A stretch of 47,535 nt of DNA from an uncultured Candidatus Saccharibacteria bacterium (GCA_964535425.1 CAZHSZ010000001.1:32489-80023), one strand, 5' to 3'; shown: positions 25,348 to 35,030, counted from the stretch's first letter. Program-made: numbers and translations. The notes: a model not told the origin generated them from the letters alone.

Positions 25348-26403
25348 TTAGTCCTCTTGCGATGAACCTGGTTTGTCGAGCGCCATAGGCTCTATCCCGA
25401 GCTTTTCCCCCGTAATCCGGTAGACATCCTTATCTATCTTCCCGAGCTCCTTGTACCCGCTTGTATAGTGGCTTACAGCTGTACCGAGAGCCGTTCCGAG
25501 CTTCTTGTAGTACTCCTCATAGGAGCCTATATGCTTGCCGAGCTCCCCTACCCGCTTCTGGATTTCCACGGCTTTCTCCTCGATTTGGAGCGCTTTGAGG
25601 CCCTGCATCACGGTCTGGAGGTAGGCCAGGAAGGATGTCGGCGAGACGATGATGACTTTATACTTGGAGGCCGCCCTCTGGATAAGGTTTTCCTCTTCGC
25701 CTGCTCCTACTTGGTTTACGAGAAGGTCGTAGTAGATGCCCTCGGACGGAATGAACATGAATGCGAAGTCCATGGTGTCTTCCTCGGGACGGATGTACTT
25801 CGCCGTTTCCGTAATGCGCATCTTGAGGTCGTTTACGAATGCTTTTTCCAAAGCCGGCTTCTCACTCTCAGGCGCTTGTATGAGGCGGTTGTAGTTTTCC
25901 AGAGAGAACTTGGAGTCTACCGGCACCACTTTCTTGTCGATGAATACGACCGCATCCACGATTTCGCCGTTTTTGAACGGATACTGGATTTGGTAGAGGT
26001 TCGGCGGAAGCACGTTCTTCAATACCGTCTCGAGGTAGTACTCGCCCAAGACGCCGCGCTGCTTCGGATTTTTCAAAATATCCTGAAGGCCCTGGAGCTG
26101 CTTTGCGTACTCGCCCGTCTGGCGGCCGATTTCCTTCACGCTCGTAAGCTCTTCCGTGATTTCCTTGATGAGCTTCGCTGAGTCACTCACTTGGCTCCTC
26201 ATGGTCTCGTGCACCTGCTTTGCGGATTCCATCATGCGGGTATCCAAGGAGCGCTCGAGGTTTTCCATCTGCTTCTGAAGGAGCATCAATCCGCCGGTAT
26301 CGGCCTCTACCGGCTTTTCACTCCGCTTCAGTATGAAATAGAGGCCGATGCCCTGTACGAGCACGAGTCCGAGAACGATGAGTGCGACGGTGAAGATATC
26401 CAT
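25348..26403 (-). CDS. rmuC: DNA recombination protein RmuC
   Basis: 351 aa. N-terminal TM, long coiled-coil, C-terminal region FAFMFIPSEGIYYDLL...VIIVSPTSFLAYLQTV typical for RmuC. Confidence 0.85.
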   Translation of the reverse strand: MDIFTVALIVLGLVLVQGIGLYFILKRSEKPVEADTGGLMLLQKQMENLERSLDTRMMESAKQVHETMRSQVSDSAKLIKEITEELTSVKEIGRQTGEYAKQLQGLQDILKNPKQRGVLGEYYLETVLKNVLPPNLYQIQYPFKNGEIVDAVVFIDKKVVPVDSKFSLENYNRLIQAPESEKPALEKAFVNDLKMRITETAKYIRPEEDTMDFAFMFIPSEGIYYDLLVNQVGAGEEENLIQRAASKYKVIIVSPTSFLAYLQTVMQGLKALQIEEKAVEIQKRVGELGKHIGSYEEYYKKLGTALGTAVSHYTSGYKELGKIDKDVYRITGEKLGIEPMALDKPGSSQED

Positions 26404-26574
26404 TTGCCCTTAGTATACCGTGTTTGTATTTTGCCTATCCCCCGCACTACGCCACCTTTCAGTCAGACCGAAGAAAAGTATTCAGATGCAAGGCACAGAC
26501 GAGAAGCGGAACGAGCCGTATATGGAAATACGGTGAGTGAGCATCGGAGTCTGTAACGACGCAGATGGATGCTT

Positions 26575-29244
26575 TTATACGGTCTGCTTTCGGCGCGCGG
26601 GGCCGATGAAAAATATTTCCTTTGCCACTTCAATAAGCGCCAAGTTCAAGATGCCGGCGAACACGATGATGGAGAGTTCGGAAAGCGTAAGCGGAACTGT
26701 ATGCACGATGTCCTGGAGGAACGGCACGAAAAGCGCAGCAAGCAAAAGACAGAACGAAAGCGCAAAAGAACCGAGGAGCCACGGATTCGAGTTGAACGGC
26801 ATATTCCAGAGCCTCGTACCGAACGACTTCAGCGCAATAGCACCTGCAAACGAGCTTGCCGAGAGCGCGCCGAACATAATGGTGCGCATATGGTCGTCCG
26901 GCGTACCGGAGAGCACGAGGAAGAAGTGGAGGCCGACGAGCATAATGCCGGTCAGTATGCCCACCGACATAATGAGCTTTATCAAATCCTTGGAGAGCAC
27001 CTGCGCAACGTCCGGATGCTTCGGCGAGCGCTTCATCGCGGACGGATAAAGGGGCTCGAAGGCAAGCGCGACGTTCAGCGGACCGCCCTCAATCAGGTTC
27101 GCCCACATTATTTGCGTAGGCAAAAGCGGAATCGGAAGACCGGTGATGAGTGCCGCAATGATGATGAATATCTCGCTGAAGTTAGTGGAAAGAAGGTACG
27201 CAAGTATTTTCTTCACGTTGTCGCGAAGCCGGCGCCCTTCCTTGATGGCATAGGTGACGACCGAGAAGCTGTCGTTCAGGAGTACGAGATCGGACGCCTC
27301 CTTCGCGACGTCCGTGCCGCTCCCGAGTGCCACTCCTATCGCCGCCGCCTCTAAGGCCGGCGCGTCATTCACGCCGTCTCCGGTCATGGCGACCACTTCC
27401 CCAGAAGCGGTCAGCACGCGAGCGATGCGAAGCTTCTCTGACGGCGTCACGCGCGCAAAGACGTTATGGAGGCGTAAAAGGCGCAGGAGCTCATCGTCGG
27501 TCGTGTCCGCGAGCTCCGCTCCCGTGTATGCGCGCGCCGTGTGGCCTGCAATGCCTACCTCGCGCGCAAACCAAAGCGCGGTCTCCGGATTGTCTCCGGT
27601 GAGCATAATGACGCGCGCGCCCGCCTCCTGCATCTCATGGACGGATGCGCGCGCGTCGCTCCGGATAACGTCGGAGAACACCATAAAGCCGAGGAGCTCG
27701 AGCCTGCGCAGCATATCCGGAAGAGCTTCTTCGGAGGGGAACGCTTTCAGGTCCGCGTCCACCTTCGCGACCGCGATGACGCGCTTTCCTTCGCGCGCCG
27801 CGCGTTTCAGGGCATGGTCGAAGAATTCATGGTCTTCCTTGGTAAACGGCGCGGCACCCCCGCGCGCACCCATAGCAGTCACTGCATGCTCGAGGAACAG
27901 TTCCGGCGCGCCGGTGAGATATGCGATATGTTTCCCATCGTCCTTCACGAGCATCCCGCCGAACCTGCGTGCAGAGGAGAAGCTGAGCTCGTCAGCGCGC
28001 GGAGACTCCGTACGTAGCACCCGCTCGGAAAATCCGGCTTCAAGACCCGCAAGCAGTATCGCCTGCTCTATGGGGCGGCCGCGCGCCACGATTTCCTCTC
28101 CCTTCACCTCAGTGGTGTCGACTTCTTCCGTATATCCGTCTGAGGCAAGCACGGCGGCGCGCAGCATGGCGCGCGCATTCGTGCCGTCCGCGTCTTCAGT
28201 CGTACCGGAGAGCGTGATGAAGCCGACAGCCTTCATACGACCCTCGGTTAAAGTCCCCGTCTTGTCGGTGAGAATAATGCTCGTAGCGCCGAGCGTCTCG
28301 GCCGCCAAAAGATTCCGCACCAGCCCGCCCTGTTTCAAGATGCGCTCCATCCCAAGCGCGAGCACCACGGTGACCGCGGCCGGAAGGCCTTCCGGGATTG
28401 CGGCAACCGCAACTGAGATAGCGATGAGGAACGTCTCCCCCACCGTCATGCCGCGAAGAAGCGAGAGCGCGCCGATGACCGCGATGATGCAGGCGACGGA
28501 AATGAGGAGCATGCGGGCGATGTTCTGTATGTCGCGCTGGAGCGGAGTGACGGTGCGCGTGCCCTTGGCGAGCTCCTTCGCAATTTTCCCGAGCTCCGTA
28601 TCCTCCGCAGTCGCTACCACCACCCCGAGCCCGGTGCCGGAAACGGTAAGCGTGCCCGCGTACGCCATGGAGTAGCGCTCCACGAGAGGTGCGTCCATCT
28701 GGCTTGGCTCTGTCTTCTTCTCGACGGGAATCCATTCTCCCGAAAGCGACGCTTCGTTCACCGTGAGCCCGTGCACGGCAATGAGGCGAATATCTGCCGG
28801 CACGCGTACGCCGGTCGTAAGCGCAATCACATCACCCGGCACCACTTCCTCGGACGGAATTTCCTGACGAAGCCCTTCGCGTATCACGACCGCACGCGAT
28901 GCCTCTTCTTTCGAGAGTGCGGCGAATGCGCCGTTCGCCTTCCCTTCCTGGAAAATGCCTATCGCGACATTTACGAGAAGCGCCAAGGCGATGATGAGCG
29001 CATCGCTGTAGTGCGAGATGAAGAGAGTCGCGAGCGCCGCCGCGAGAAGCACGAGCGCAATGGGGCTTTCAAGCTGCCGCAGAAGGCGGCGGAAAAACGA
29101 ATCCGGTTTTGCGCCTTTGAGCTTATTCTTCCCGTCGGACAAGCGAAGCTCGACCTCGCGCAAAGAGAGGCCTTTCTCGGCAGTTATATGGAACGCATCA
29201 AGCGTCTCGTGCGCGGTGAGCGCATGCCACGGGCGCAAATCCAT
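26575..29244 (-). CDS. P-type (P2-like) cation-transporting ATPase
   Basis: Start moved to ATG 29244 (MDLRPWHALTAHETLDAF...), preceded by TGcTATACT plus 7 nt. Motifs DKTGTLT, MLTGDNPETA, TGDGVNDAPAL. About 10 TM helices. Confidence 0.9.
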   Translation of the reverse strand: MDLRPWHALTAHETLDAFHITAEKGLSLREVELRLSDGKNKLKGAKPDSFFRRLLRQLESPIALVLLAAALATLFISHYSDALIIALALLVNVAIGIFQEGKANGAFAALSKEEASRAVVIREGLRQEIPSEEVVPGDVIALTTGVRVPADIRLIAVHGLTVNEASLSGEWIPVEKKTEPSQMDAPLVERYSMAYAGTLTVSGTGLGVVVATAEDTELGKIAKELAKGTRTVTPLQRDIQNIARMLLISVACIIAVIGALSLLRGMTVGETFLIAISVAVAAIPEGLPAAVTVVLALGMERILKQGGLVRNLLAAETLGATSIILTDKTGTLTEGRMKAVGFITLSGTTEDADGTNARAMLRAAVLASDGYTEEVDTTEVKGEEIVARGRPIEQAILLAGLEAGFSERVLRTESPRADELSFSSARRFGGMLVKDDGKHIAYLTGAPELFLEHAVTAMGARGGAAPFTKEDHEFFDHALKRAAREGKRVIAVAKVDADLKAFPSEEALPDMLRRLELLGFMVFSDVIRSDARASVHEMQEAGARVIMLTGDNPETALWFAREVGIAGHTARAYTGAELADTTDDELLRLLRLHNVFARVTPSEKLRIARVLTASGEVVAMTGDGVNDAPALEAAAIGVALGSGTDVAKEASDLVLLNDSFSVVTYAIKEGRRLRDNVKKILAYLLSTNFSEIFIIIAALITGLPIPLLPTQIMWANLIEGGPLNVALAFEPLYPSAMKRSPKHPDVAQVLSKDLIKLIMSVGILTGIMLVGLHFFLVLSGTPDDHMRTIMFGALSASSFAGAIALKSFGTRLWNMPFNSNPWLLGSFALSFCLLLAALFVPFLQDIVHTVPLTLSELSIIVFAGILNLALIEVAKEIFFIGPARRKQTV

Positions 29245-29286
29245 AGGTCTTAGTATAGCAACGGGTTGTGATATTCTGGTGGGTAT

Positions 29287-29730
29287 ATGTCCATACACGA
29301 ATCAATAAAGGCGGGAATCAAGGACGCGATGAAGGCGCGCGACGAGGTAACGCTTCGTACGCTCCGCTCGCTCGTGACCGCGATGACAAACGAAGTGGTC
29401 GCCAAGAAGCGAAAGCCCGACGAATTCCTCACGGACGAAGAGGCGCTCACCGTACTGAAGCGTGCATCCAATCAGCGCAAGGATTCCATCGAGCAGTTTG
29501 AAAACGCAGGGCGCAACGAGCTTGCCGACCCGGAGAAGGCCGAGCTCGCCGTCATCGAGTCCTTCCTCCCGGCGCAACTCTCGCGCGAAGAGATAGAAAA
29601 AGTGGTGAAGGAAAAGAAGGCACAGATGCCGGACGCGAATGTAGGGATGCTTACCGGAGCGATTATGAAGGAACTGAAGGGCCAGGCCGACGGAGCGGTC
29701 GTAAAAGAGGTCATCGAGAGCCTCGCGTAA
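29287..29730 (+). CDS. GatB/YqeY domain protein
   Basis: 147 aa. IKAGIKDAMKARDEVTLRTLRSLVTAMTNEVV... and the C-terminal MLTGAIMKELKGQADGAVVKEVI are typical for the YqeY family. Confidence 0.85.
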   Translation: MSIHESIKAGIKDAMKARDEVTLRTLRSLVTAMTNEVVAKKRKPDEFLTDEEALTVLKRASNQRKDSIEQFENAGRNELADPEKAELAVIESFLPAQLSREEIEKVVKEKKAQMPDANVGMLTGAIMKELKGQADGAVVKEVIESLA

Positions 29731-29748
29731 GAAGCCCCTTACCCTTTC

Positions 29749-32064
29749 CTACGCCGCTTCGGAAAGCGTGTCAGCGCGCGTAGCTTCCACAGTGCCGCCG
29801 CGCATACGGAGCGTCAAGGAAAGCGTCTTGTCGCGGGTAGCGCGCCGGTCGCGCAGAAGCGAGTACGCGTATACCTGTATTCTCTTATTCTCAAAGATGC
29901 GCTCAATGGCTTGCGCGAATTCTCCTGAAAACGATTCAGGCGTGCTGAGGCGAATGGAAAGCGCGGGAACATTCCCCGGATAGAGGGATATTTCCACCGG
30001 AATGTCCTCCTCGGGAGCGCCCGTAAATTTGAATTTGCGGAGCTCGTACGCAAAGAGTGCGGACACGAGGTCTTCCGTATAGCGCACATGACCCGCGGGC
30101 CGCTCCCTCTTCAGAAGCTCGGCATTAAACGGTACGACGATGCCGGGCGCCGCTTCAAGGTCGCGGGAGCCGAGCACCGGCACCATTGGCGGCGCTTCCC
30201 CGCGCGCGGCGAGCGGCACGTAGCCTTTGGGCGCTACAAATTTACGCTCATCAAGCACGGCAGCGGCGGCGGCGGCCGCGCGTGGCGCGTTCACCCCAAT
30301 CGCAACCACGTTCTCGCCGATGCGCTCGAGCACGTCGCGCGTTCCCCGCGGAAGGAGTTCTATCTCTTCCTGGCTTACGCCGAGCGGGTCCGCGACGCCG
30401 ACGAACTGTATGTGCGGCGCGGACCGGAGGCGCGACGCGACCGGCACTTCCGGGTTATTCGGGAGATAGACTCTTTCCACGGCGTCTGTAAGATCGCCAC
30501 CCTCAAGGTAAGACGCGAGCTCGGCGGTCGAGCGCTTGAAGCCGGTACAGGCGATGTATGCATCGGCAGTTATAGGTGCTCCGTTTGAACGTCGTATCGG
30601 TCTTTTATCACCGCCATAGAAGATGAGTGGTTTTCCCGGTTCTCCCGCAAGAGCCCCTCCAGTGAACCCTATATCGTCGACGCGCGCCTGCACAAACTCC
30701 ACGACATCCTTGCGGTTCTGGCGCGCGAGCACGTTCAGAAGCTTCTGGTAACGGGGACGCAGCTTGTCCGTAATCTGCGTTTCAGAGATCAGGTAGATCT
30801 TCTGCACGTTCGAAACCACATCGGCTCCTTCCTCAAACTGCCGGGCGAGGAACTCGATCATGGTGCGCGCCGAATCCTTTGACCCGCCGATGACTATGGT
30901 TTTCGGAGGGCGAAGCGGTTCGCGACGGCGGTCAGCCATCTTCTCAAAGGCCTCAAGGCTCGTCGAAATCAAGGGGAACGCGTTCGGGTCCTGCCGCTCA
31001 AGCACGTCTTTTGCGAGGCCGTCCGGCCGTATCGGGAAGCCGTAGTCAGGCGTGCCGAGCCCGGTCGCGTATATTATCCGGTCGGTGAATATCTGCTTTT
31101 GCTCTGCCGTCCCGTCCGGGAACGAGCGCTCAAGCGTAACGATAGAGAGCCCGCGGCGGCGCGTCGTGTTCGGCTCGATAGAGACGACTCTCGTTTCAAG
31201 GGAAAGATTGCGGAACAGGGTCGCGCCGAGCGTTCCGGCGAGCACCGCCTCGTCCTCATTCGTGATGTAGTCCTTGTTTGAAAACGCTTCCGGGGCGATA
31301 AGGTGTCCGGACGGCTTATTGATGCTGCCGCCGCGAAGCGGGTCTCCGTCGTTTCGCTCCCCGGGAGATACGCTGTTTGGAGTGTACGCGCGCGCTGATA
31401 TGTTGAGATTAGGATCGTAATCCGGAAGCTTATCCGGACCAATCATAGTCCGGCTGTTCATATCCCACGCCGGCCCGTGCGGCGCTGCGAATATGCCGCC
31501 CACCCGCGGCGCCGCATCGACGACGAGCGTTTCCGCCGCAAGCGCAGGGTCTATGCGCGCTGTCTGGCCGAAATACGCAATGCCGTTTACTCCGGCGCCA
31601 ATTTGAAGCGCCGGGATATAGTCTTTGCTTTTTATCCGCTCCCAGGTTGAGTTTGAGAGCGATTCCAGATGGTTCTCCACGAAGTCGTCCGTCTCGCCGA
31701 ACGCTTCCGAAAGTAGCGCCGCGGCGTACGGATTGGTGCGCGAAAGCTTCTCGACCGACCGGTAGTAATCCTCCTCGAGCGGCGTCAAATTACCCTCGTC
31801 ACGCTTAGCGTCCAGCGTATATCTATCGCGCACAAGTGTCCCGTCCTCGTTCTTCCCTACCACGTACCGGCGGAGCCGGCCGCGCAATTCTTCGGACCCT
31901 TCAAGCGAACGGAACAGCACGTAGAGACTTTTAAAGAAATTTTCTTTTATATATTCATACCCGAGCTCGTTCTCGCCGAGGTCGAACCCGACGCGTTCCC
32001 GTATCTCTTCGGCAGTGTCCGAAGGTCGTTCCGGGCGGGGCCTGAAAGCGCTTTCTTTTCCCAT
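29749..32064 (-). CDS. Large (771 aa) two-Rossmann FAD/NAD(P)-binding oxidoreductase-like protein with unique N- and C-terminal domains
   Basis: Start set to ATG 32064 (TGtTATACT plus 7 nt upstream); the track start is GTG 32097. Motifs: dinucleotide-binding LQIGAGVNGIAYFG, IIYATGLG, a second VIGGSKDSARTMIEFL, and YIACTGF. This order matches two-dinucleotide-binding-domain flavoproteins. Confidence 0.65.
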   Translation of the reverse strand: MGKESAFRPRPERPSDTAEEIRERVGFDLGENELGYEYIKENFFKSLYVLFRSLEGSEELRGRLRRYVVGKNEDGTLVRDRYTLDAKRDEGNLTPLEEDYYRSVEKLSRTNPYAAALLSEAFGETDDFVENHLESLSNSTWERIKSKDYIPALQIGAGVNGIAYFGQTARIDPALAAETLVVDAAPRVGGIFAAPHGPAWDMNSRTMIGPDKLPDYDPNLNISARAYTPNSVSPGERNDGDPLRGGSINKPSGHLIAPEAFSNKDYITNEDEAVLAGTLGATLFRNLSLETRVVSIEPNTTRRRGLSIVTLERSFPDGTAEQKQIFTDRIIYATGLGTPDYGFPIRPDGLAKDVLERQDPNAFPLISTSLEAFEKMADRRREPLRPPKTIVIGGSKDSARTMIEFLARQFEEGADVVSNVQKIYLISETQITDKLRPRYQKLLNVLARQNRKDVVEFVQARVDDIGFTGGALAGEPGKPLIFYGGDKRPIRRSNGAPITADAYIACTGFKRSTAELASYLEGGDLTDAVERVYLPNNPEVPVASRLRSAPHIQFVGVADPLGVSQEEIELLPRGTRDVLERIGENVVAIGVNAPRAAAAAAAVLDERKFVAPKGYVPLAARGEAPPMVPVLGSRDLEAAPGIVVPFNAELLKRERPAGHVRYTEDLVSALFAYELRKFKFTGAPEEDIPVEISLYPGNVPALSIRLSTPESFSGEFAQAIERIFENKRIQVYAYSLLRDRRATRDKTLSLTLRMRGGTVEATRADTLSEAA

Positions 32065-32200
32065 GTCCGAAAGTATAACAAAGGAAGGCGCCGCCACCGG
32101 TATCGCAAAAGCGTTAGTCGATGAGTATCTCTACGAGTATTTACTTATTGTATTTTTAGTGTAATAATATATCCGTTAGGCCATTACGGAGGTAATTTAG

Positions 32201-32500
32201 ATGGCGCGTACAGGTAAGAAAATTCCTGCAAAAGGAAAAGTAAGCGGCAGAATTTCTGCCGCGCCTGGCTGGGAAGCCCTCCTCAAACCCCTTCCCAGGA
32301 ACTCAACGTCAGAAGTCCGCGCAAGCTTCGCGGATGCGCTCGATCTTTCGAGGACTGGAAAACGCCGCGTCTTCGCCCGTTACGGGAAGGACGTTGCCGC
32401 GCTCGTGCCGATGAAAGACGCGGCACTGCTCCAGCTTCTCGATGCTCGGAAGCATCGGAAACTTCGCGCCACGCTTTTGGCGGAACTAGAGAAGATGTGA
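32201..32500 (+). CDS. Phd/YefM-like antitoxin-fold protein (orphan)
   Basis: 99 aa. GGAGG 8 nt before the ATG. RRVFARYGKDVAALVPMKDAALLQLL resembles the (T/V)xxGKPVAVLVSxxEYExL core of Phd/YefM antitoxins. No adjacent toxin gene. Confidence 0.45.
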   Translation: MARTGKKIPAKGKVSGRISAAPGWEALLKPLPRNSTSEVRASFADALDLSRTGKRRVFARYGKDVAALVPMKDAALLQLLDARKHRKLRATLLAELEKM

Positions 32501-32519
32501 CCGAAAGGTCGCGTCGCAG

Positions 32520-32557
32520 CGGGTCCGGATGGAAGTTCCATCCGGCCCGTTTTTTTG
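32520..32557 (+). terminator. Intrinsic terminator
   Basis: cgggtccggatgg-aagt-tccatccggcccg followed by ttttttt. Confidence 0.7.
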
Positions 32558-32574
32558 AGTGGTAGAATACGCCC

Positions 32575-32928
32575 ATGAAAACGTATACGGGCGGATGCCA
32601 CTGCGGAGCGTTCCGCTATGAGGCCCAGGTGAATTTGGATAGTGCCATGTCCTGCAATTGCTCGCACTGCGGCAAGAAAGGATTCCTCCTGAAGTTCGTT
32701 CCTGCGGAATTCTTTAAGCTCGTGAAGGGCGACGAGTCCAAGCTCACCGAGTACCAGTTCAACAAAAAGCATATCCGCCACCTCTTCTGCCCTACCTGCG
32801 GAGTGCAAAGCTACGGGCGCGGCAAGGGCGTAAACGGCGCCGAGATGATAGCGCTGAACGTCCGCTGTCTCGATGACGTAGATGCGGACTCCCTACCCAT
32901 AACGAAGTTCGACGGGAAGGCGCTATAG
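32575..32928 (+). CDS. GFA (glutathione-dependent formaldehyde-activating / CENP-V) family protein
   Basis: 117 aa with Cys clusters CHCGAFRYE, CNCSHCGKKG and CPTCG characteristic of the GFA zinc sites. TGgTAGAAT lies 6 nt before the ATG. Confidence 0.85.
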   Translation: MKTYTGGCHCGAFRYEAQVNLDSAMSCNCSHCGKKGFLLKFVPAEFFKLVKGDESKLTEYQFNKKHIRHLFCPTCGVQSYGRGKGVNGAEMIALNVRCLDDVDADSLPITKFDGKAL

Positions 32929-33031
32929 TGTCGTAGTTTTTTATACACAAACGGAAAGTAAGCGTTGAGGACGGGTGTACGATGGAAGAGCCGTCAGGTG
33001 ACGGCTAGTGCGCTAAAAGAGGAGAACCCTC

Positions 33032-33211
33032 ATGCACGATGGACCAGTACGGGAACCGCGCCCGCTTCGTCTTGCGCCCAAAAACGCAACCGATACCCCA
33101 GCCGCTCCCCCACCACCGGGAACGGTAACGGGTTCGGTCGGTTCAGCCATTAAAGCTGAGCGCAGGATCCACGCGGGCGGAAGGCCCGACGTCTACCGGC
33201 CCCGGGACTGA
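33032..33211 (+). CDS. Small (59 aa) Pro/Arg/Gly-rich hypothetical protein
   Basis: Not in the ORF track (<60 aa). GAGGAG 7 nt before the ATG and a strong terminator 26 nt after the stop. The composition looks disordered, so the transcript could instead be non-coding. Confidence 0.3.
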   Translation: MHDGPVREPRPLRLAPKNATDTPAAPPPPGTVTGSVGSAIKAERRIHAGGRPDVYRPRD

Positions 33212-33236
33212 CTTCGGGGAGGTACGGATACTGGAC

Positions 33237-33266
33237 CGGGGCGGCTCTTGAGCCGCCCCGTTTTTT
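33237..33266 (+). terminator. Intrinsic terminator
   Basis: cggggcggct-cttg-agccgccccg (10 bp) followed by tttttt. Convergent with the serine-hydrolase gene. Confidence 0.75.
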
Positions 33267-33281
33267 ATTCTTCCACCGACT

Positions 33282-34298
33282 TTATTGCTTTTTTACATCG
33301 ACTGCCTGATACGCGACTTCCGCTATCTGCTTGATGACGTCGCCGAGTTCATACGGATTATCCCCCTCAGTCATAACGCAGAGCAGGTATGGGGATACTG
33401 CATGGTACACGATGCCGCAGTCGGATAGTTCGATGTCCTGGCCCCCACTCTCCTCGTCTTTAATGCGCAGCCCGAACTTGTTCGCGACCGTAACATCTTT
33501 GGGAGTTCCCGCACGGATAGCGAGGTCATATTCGCTCTCGGAGAGGATTTTGAGCGCTTCATTCGAGCGCTCTCGTCCAAGGAAGGTGCCGTTATAAAGA
33601 ACGCGGAAGAAGAGGCTGTACTGTTTCGCGGAAATCTCATAGACATCCTTCGTGCCGCTGTACGGGTCTACTATGCCGAGTGCCCGGTACGTTTCGAGAA
33701 GCGCATCCTTGTCGACGGTATTTTCAAGTATCGTTTTCGCGCCGTTGTCCGACTGGATGATCATCCCGCGAATGAGGTCGCGCACGCTATAGCTCCGGCC
33801 TTCAACCAGAAGCGGCACTTTCACAAGCGAGTTGCCGGGACCGTCAGACGCATAGGTATAGCGAGTGTCGAGTATTGAAGGCGCGGTCCGCGACTGCCGG
33901 AAATACGCCATCATGATAGGTACTTTGAGAAGGCTTGCGGGCGCGTGGGTTTCGAGCTCTCGCACGCCCGTCCATTCGCCCGAGTCGAGGTCGCGGAAAT
34001 AGACCGAGGCGTTCGCCACGTGTCCCGCCGCCCTCTCTTTATCCAGAATGCCCTCGATGCTGCCCTTCAATGATATGAGCTCGCTCGTTTCAGTATCCTC
34101 ATTCACCTGACATATGAGGAGCGGGCGGATGAATTGGTAGCGTTCGTCGTATTCGCGTACCGATACGTCGTCCACGTCTTTACTTATGAACGAGTGCGTG
34201 AAAAACCCGAGCGAGAAGACCGCTACCAAAACCACCGCTCCGCCCGCGTAACGCGCAGTCTTCCTTGTGGTAAGAAACGCCGGAAGCTTCATACCCAT
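33282..34298 (-). CDS. Class A beta-lactamase-related serine hydrolase (membrane-anchored)
   Basis: Start set to ATG 34298 (MGMKLPAF...; TGcTAGAAT plus 8 nt upstream). Motifs S-x-x-K (ASLLK), SDN (IIQSDNG), K-x-G (NKFG). N-terminal TM. Confidence 0.75.
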   Translation of the reverse strand: MGMKLPAFLTTRKTARYAGGAVVLVAVFSLGFFTHSFISKDVDDVSVREYDERYQFIRPLLICQVNEDTETSELISLKGSIEGILDKERAAGHVANASVYFRDLDSGEWTGVRELETHAPASLLKVPIMMAYFRQSRTAPSILDTRYTYASDGPGNSLVKVPLLVEGRSYSVRDLIRGMIIQSDNGAKTILENTVDKDALLETYRALGIVDPYSGTKDVYEISAKQYSLFFRVLYNGTFLGRERSNEALKILSESEYDLAIRAGTPKDVTVANKFGLRIKDEESGGQDIELSDCGIVYHAVSPYLLCVMTEGDNPYELGDVIKQIAEVAYQAVDVKKQ

Positions 34299-34534
34299 AT
34301 AGGTTGATTCTAGCAAATATAAACCTACTACGGGGAAGTGTCCTGCGAAGACGCAGGCACGCATCGCCTACAAGTTTTGGCTCGTCGTCACTCGCCAAAC
34401 TCGCAGGCCCCGCTCGCGGTTTTTTCTGCTGAAAAAACATCGCTCCGCGCTTCGATTCTCCGACACAGCGTTTCCCAAACGCTGCTTAGGGTCACAACGC
34501 ACGATGCCGCCTTTCGGCGGCATACGTGTCGTTG

Positions 34535-34606
34535 TGACCCTACGGGGAATCGAACCCCGATTTAAAGCTTGAGAAGCTTCCGTCCTAACCGTTAGACGAT
34601 AGGGCC
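34535..34606 (-). tRNA. tRNA-Glu (anticodon CUC), no encoded CCA
   Basis: Hand-folded: acceptor GGCCCTA/TAGGGTC (one G-U pair), D-arm GTCTAACGGTTAGGAC typical of tRNA-Glu, anticodon stem GAAGC/GCTTT with loop TTCTCAA, T-arm CGGGG-TTCGATT-CCCCG, discriminator A. Confidence 0.9.
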
Positions 34607-34706
34607 CTGAATACGTCGGATTATAACCAAAAATCCGAAAAACAAAAGGCGCGCATGGTTTTCTACCATGCGCGCCCCAATTGGTTTTAGCTAGAGAATG
34701 AGGGGG

Positions 34707-35030
34707 TCAGCCGGTGCGTTTTGCGCCGACGGTTTCAGCGAGCGCGACGCGCTTTGGGACGGCCGCCTGCGCGTCGGTGAGCGTTTCGATACGGCAACGG
34801 TCTAGGGTGGGCCCTTGACTGCTTCCGTACCGCAACGCTTGCAGTCCGAGCGTTACTTTGGCTCCGCGCCTCACTCCGATGCGGAACGTCACCGTCGCCC
34901 TGGTGACCGATACGAGCCGGACGCGGGTCTTTCCGTAGAACACTGCCGGATCCCTGTCTCCATTCACATAGATAGGCATTCGTAACCGAGCCTTTTGTTC
35001 GTCTGACGCTTGATTGCGCCATGACCGCAT
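34707..35030 (-). CDS. Hypothetical protein (107 aa)
   Basis: Best-looking frame in this stretch. However, TATAAT (35037-35032) lies only 1 nt from its ATG, so the true start may be ATG 34979 (MPIYVNGD...). An alternative Arg-rich frame, 34735..35022, was judged spurious. Confidence 0.35.
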   Translation of the reverse strand: MRSWRNQASDEQKARLRMPIYVNGDRDPAVFYGKTRVRLVSVTRATVTFRIGVRRGAKVTLGLQALRYGSSQGPTLDRCRIETLTDAQAAVPKRVALAETVGAKRTG

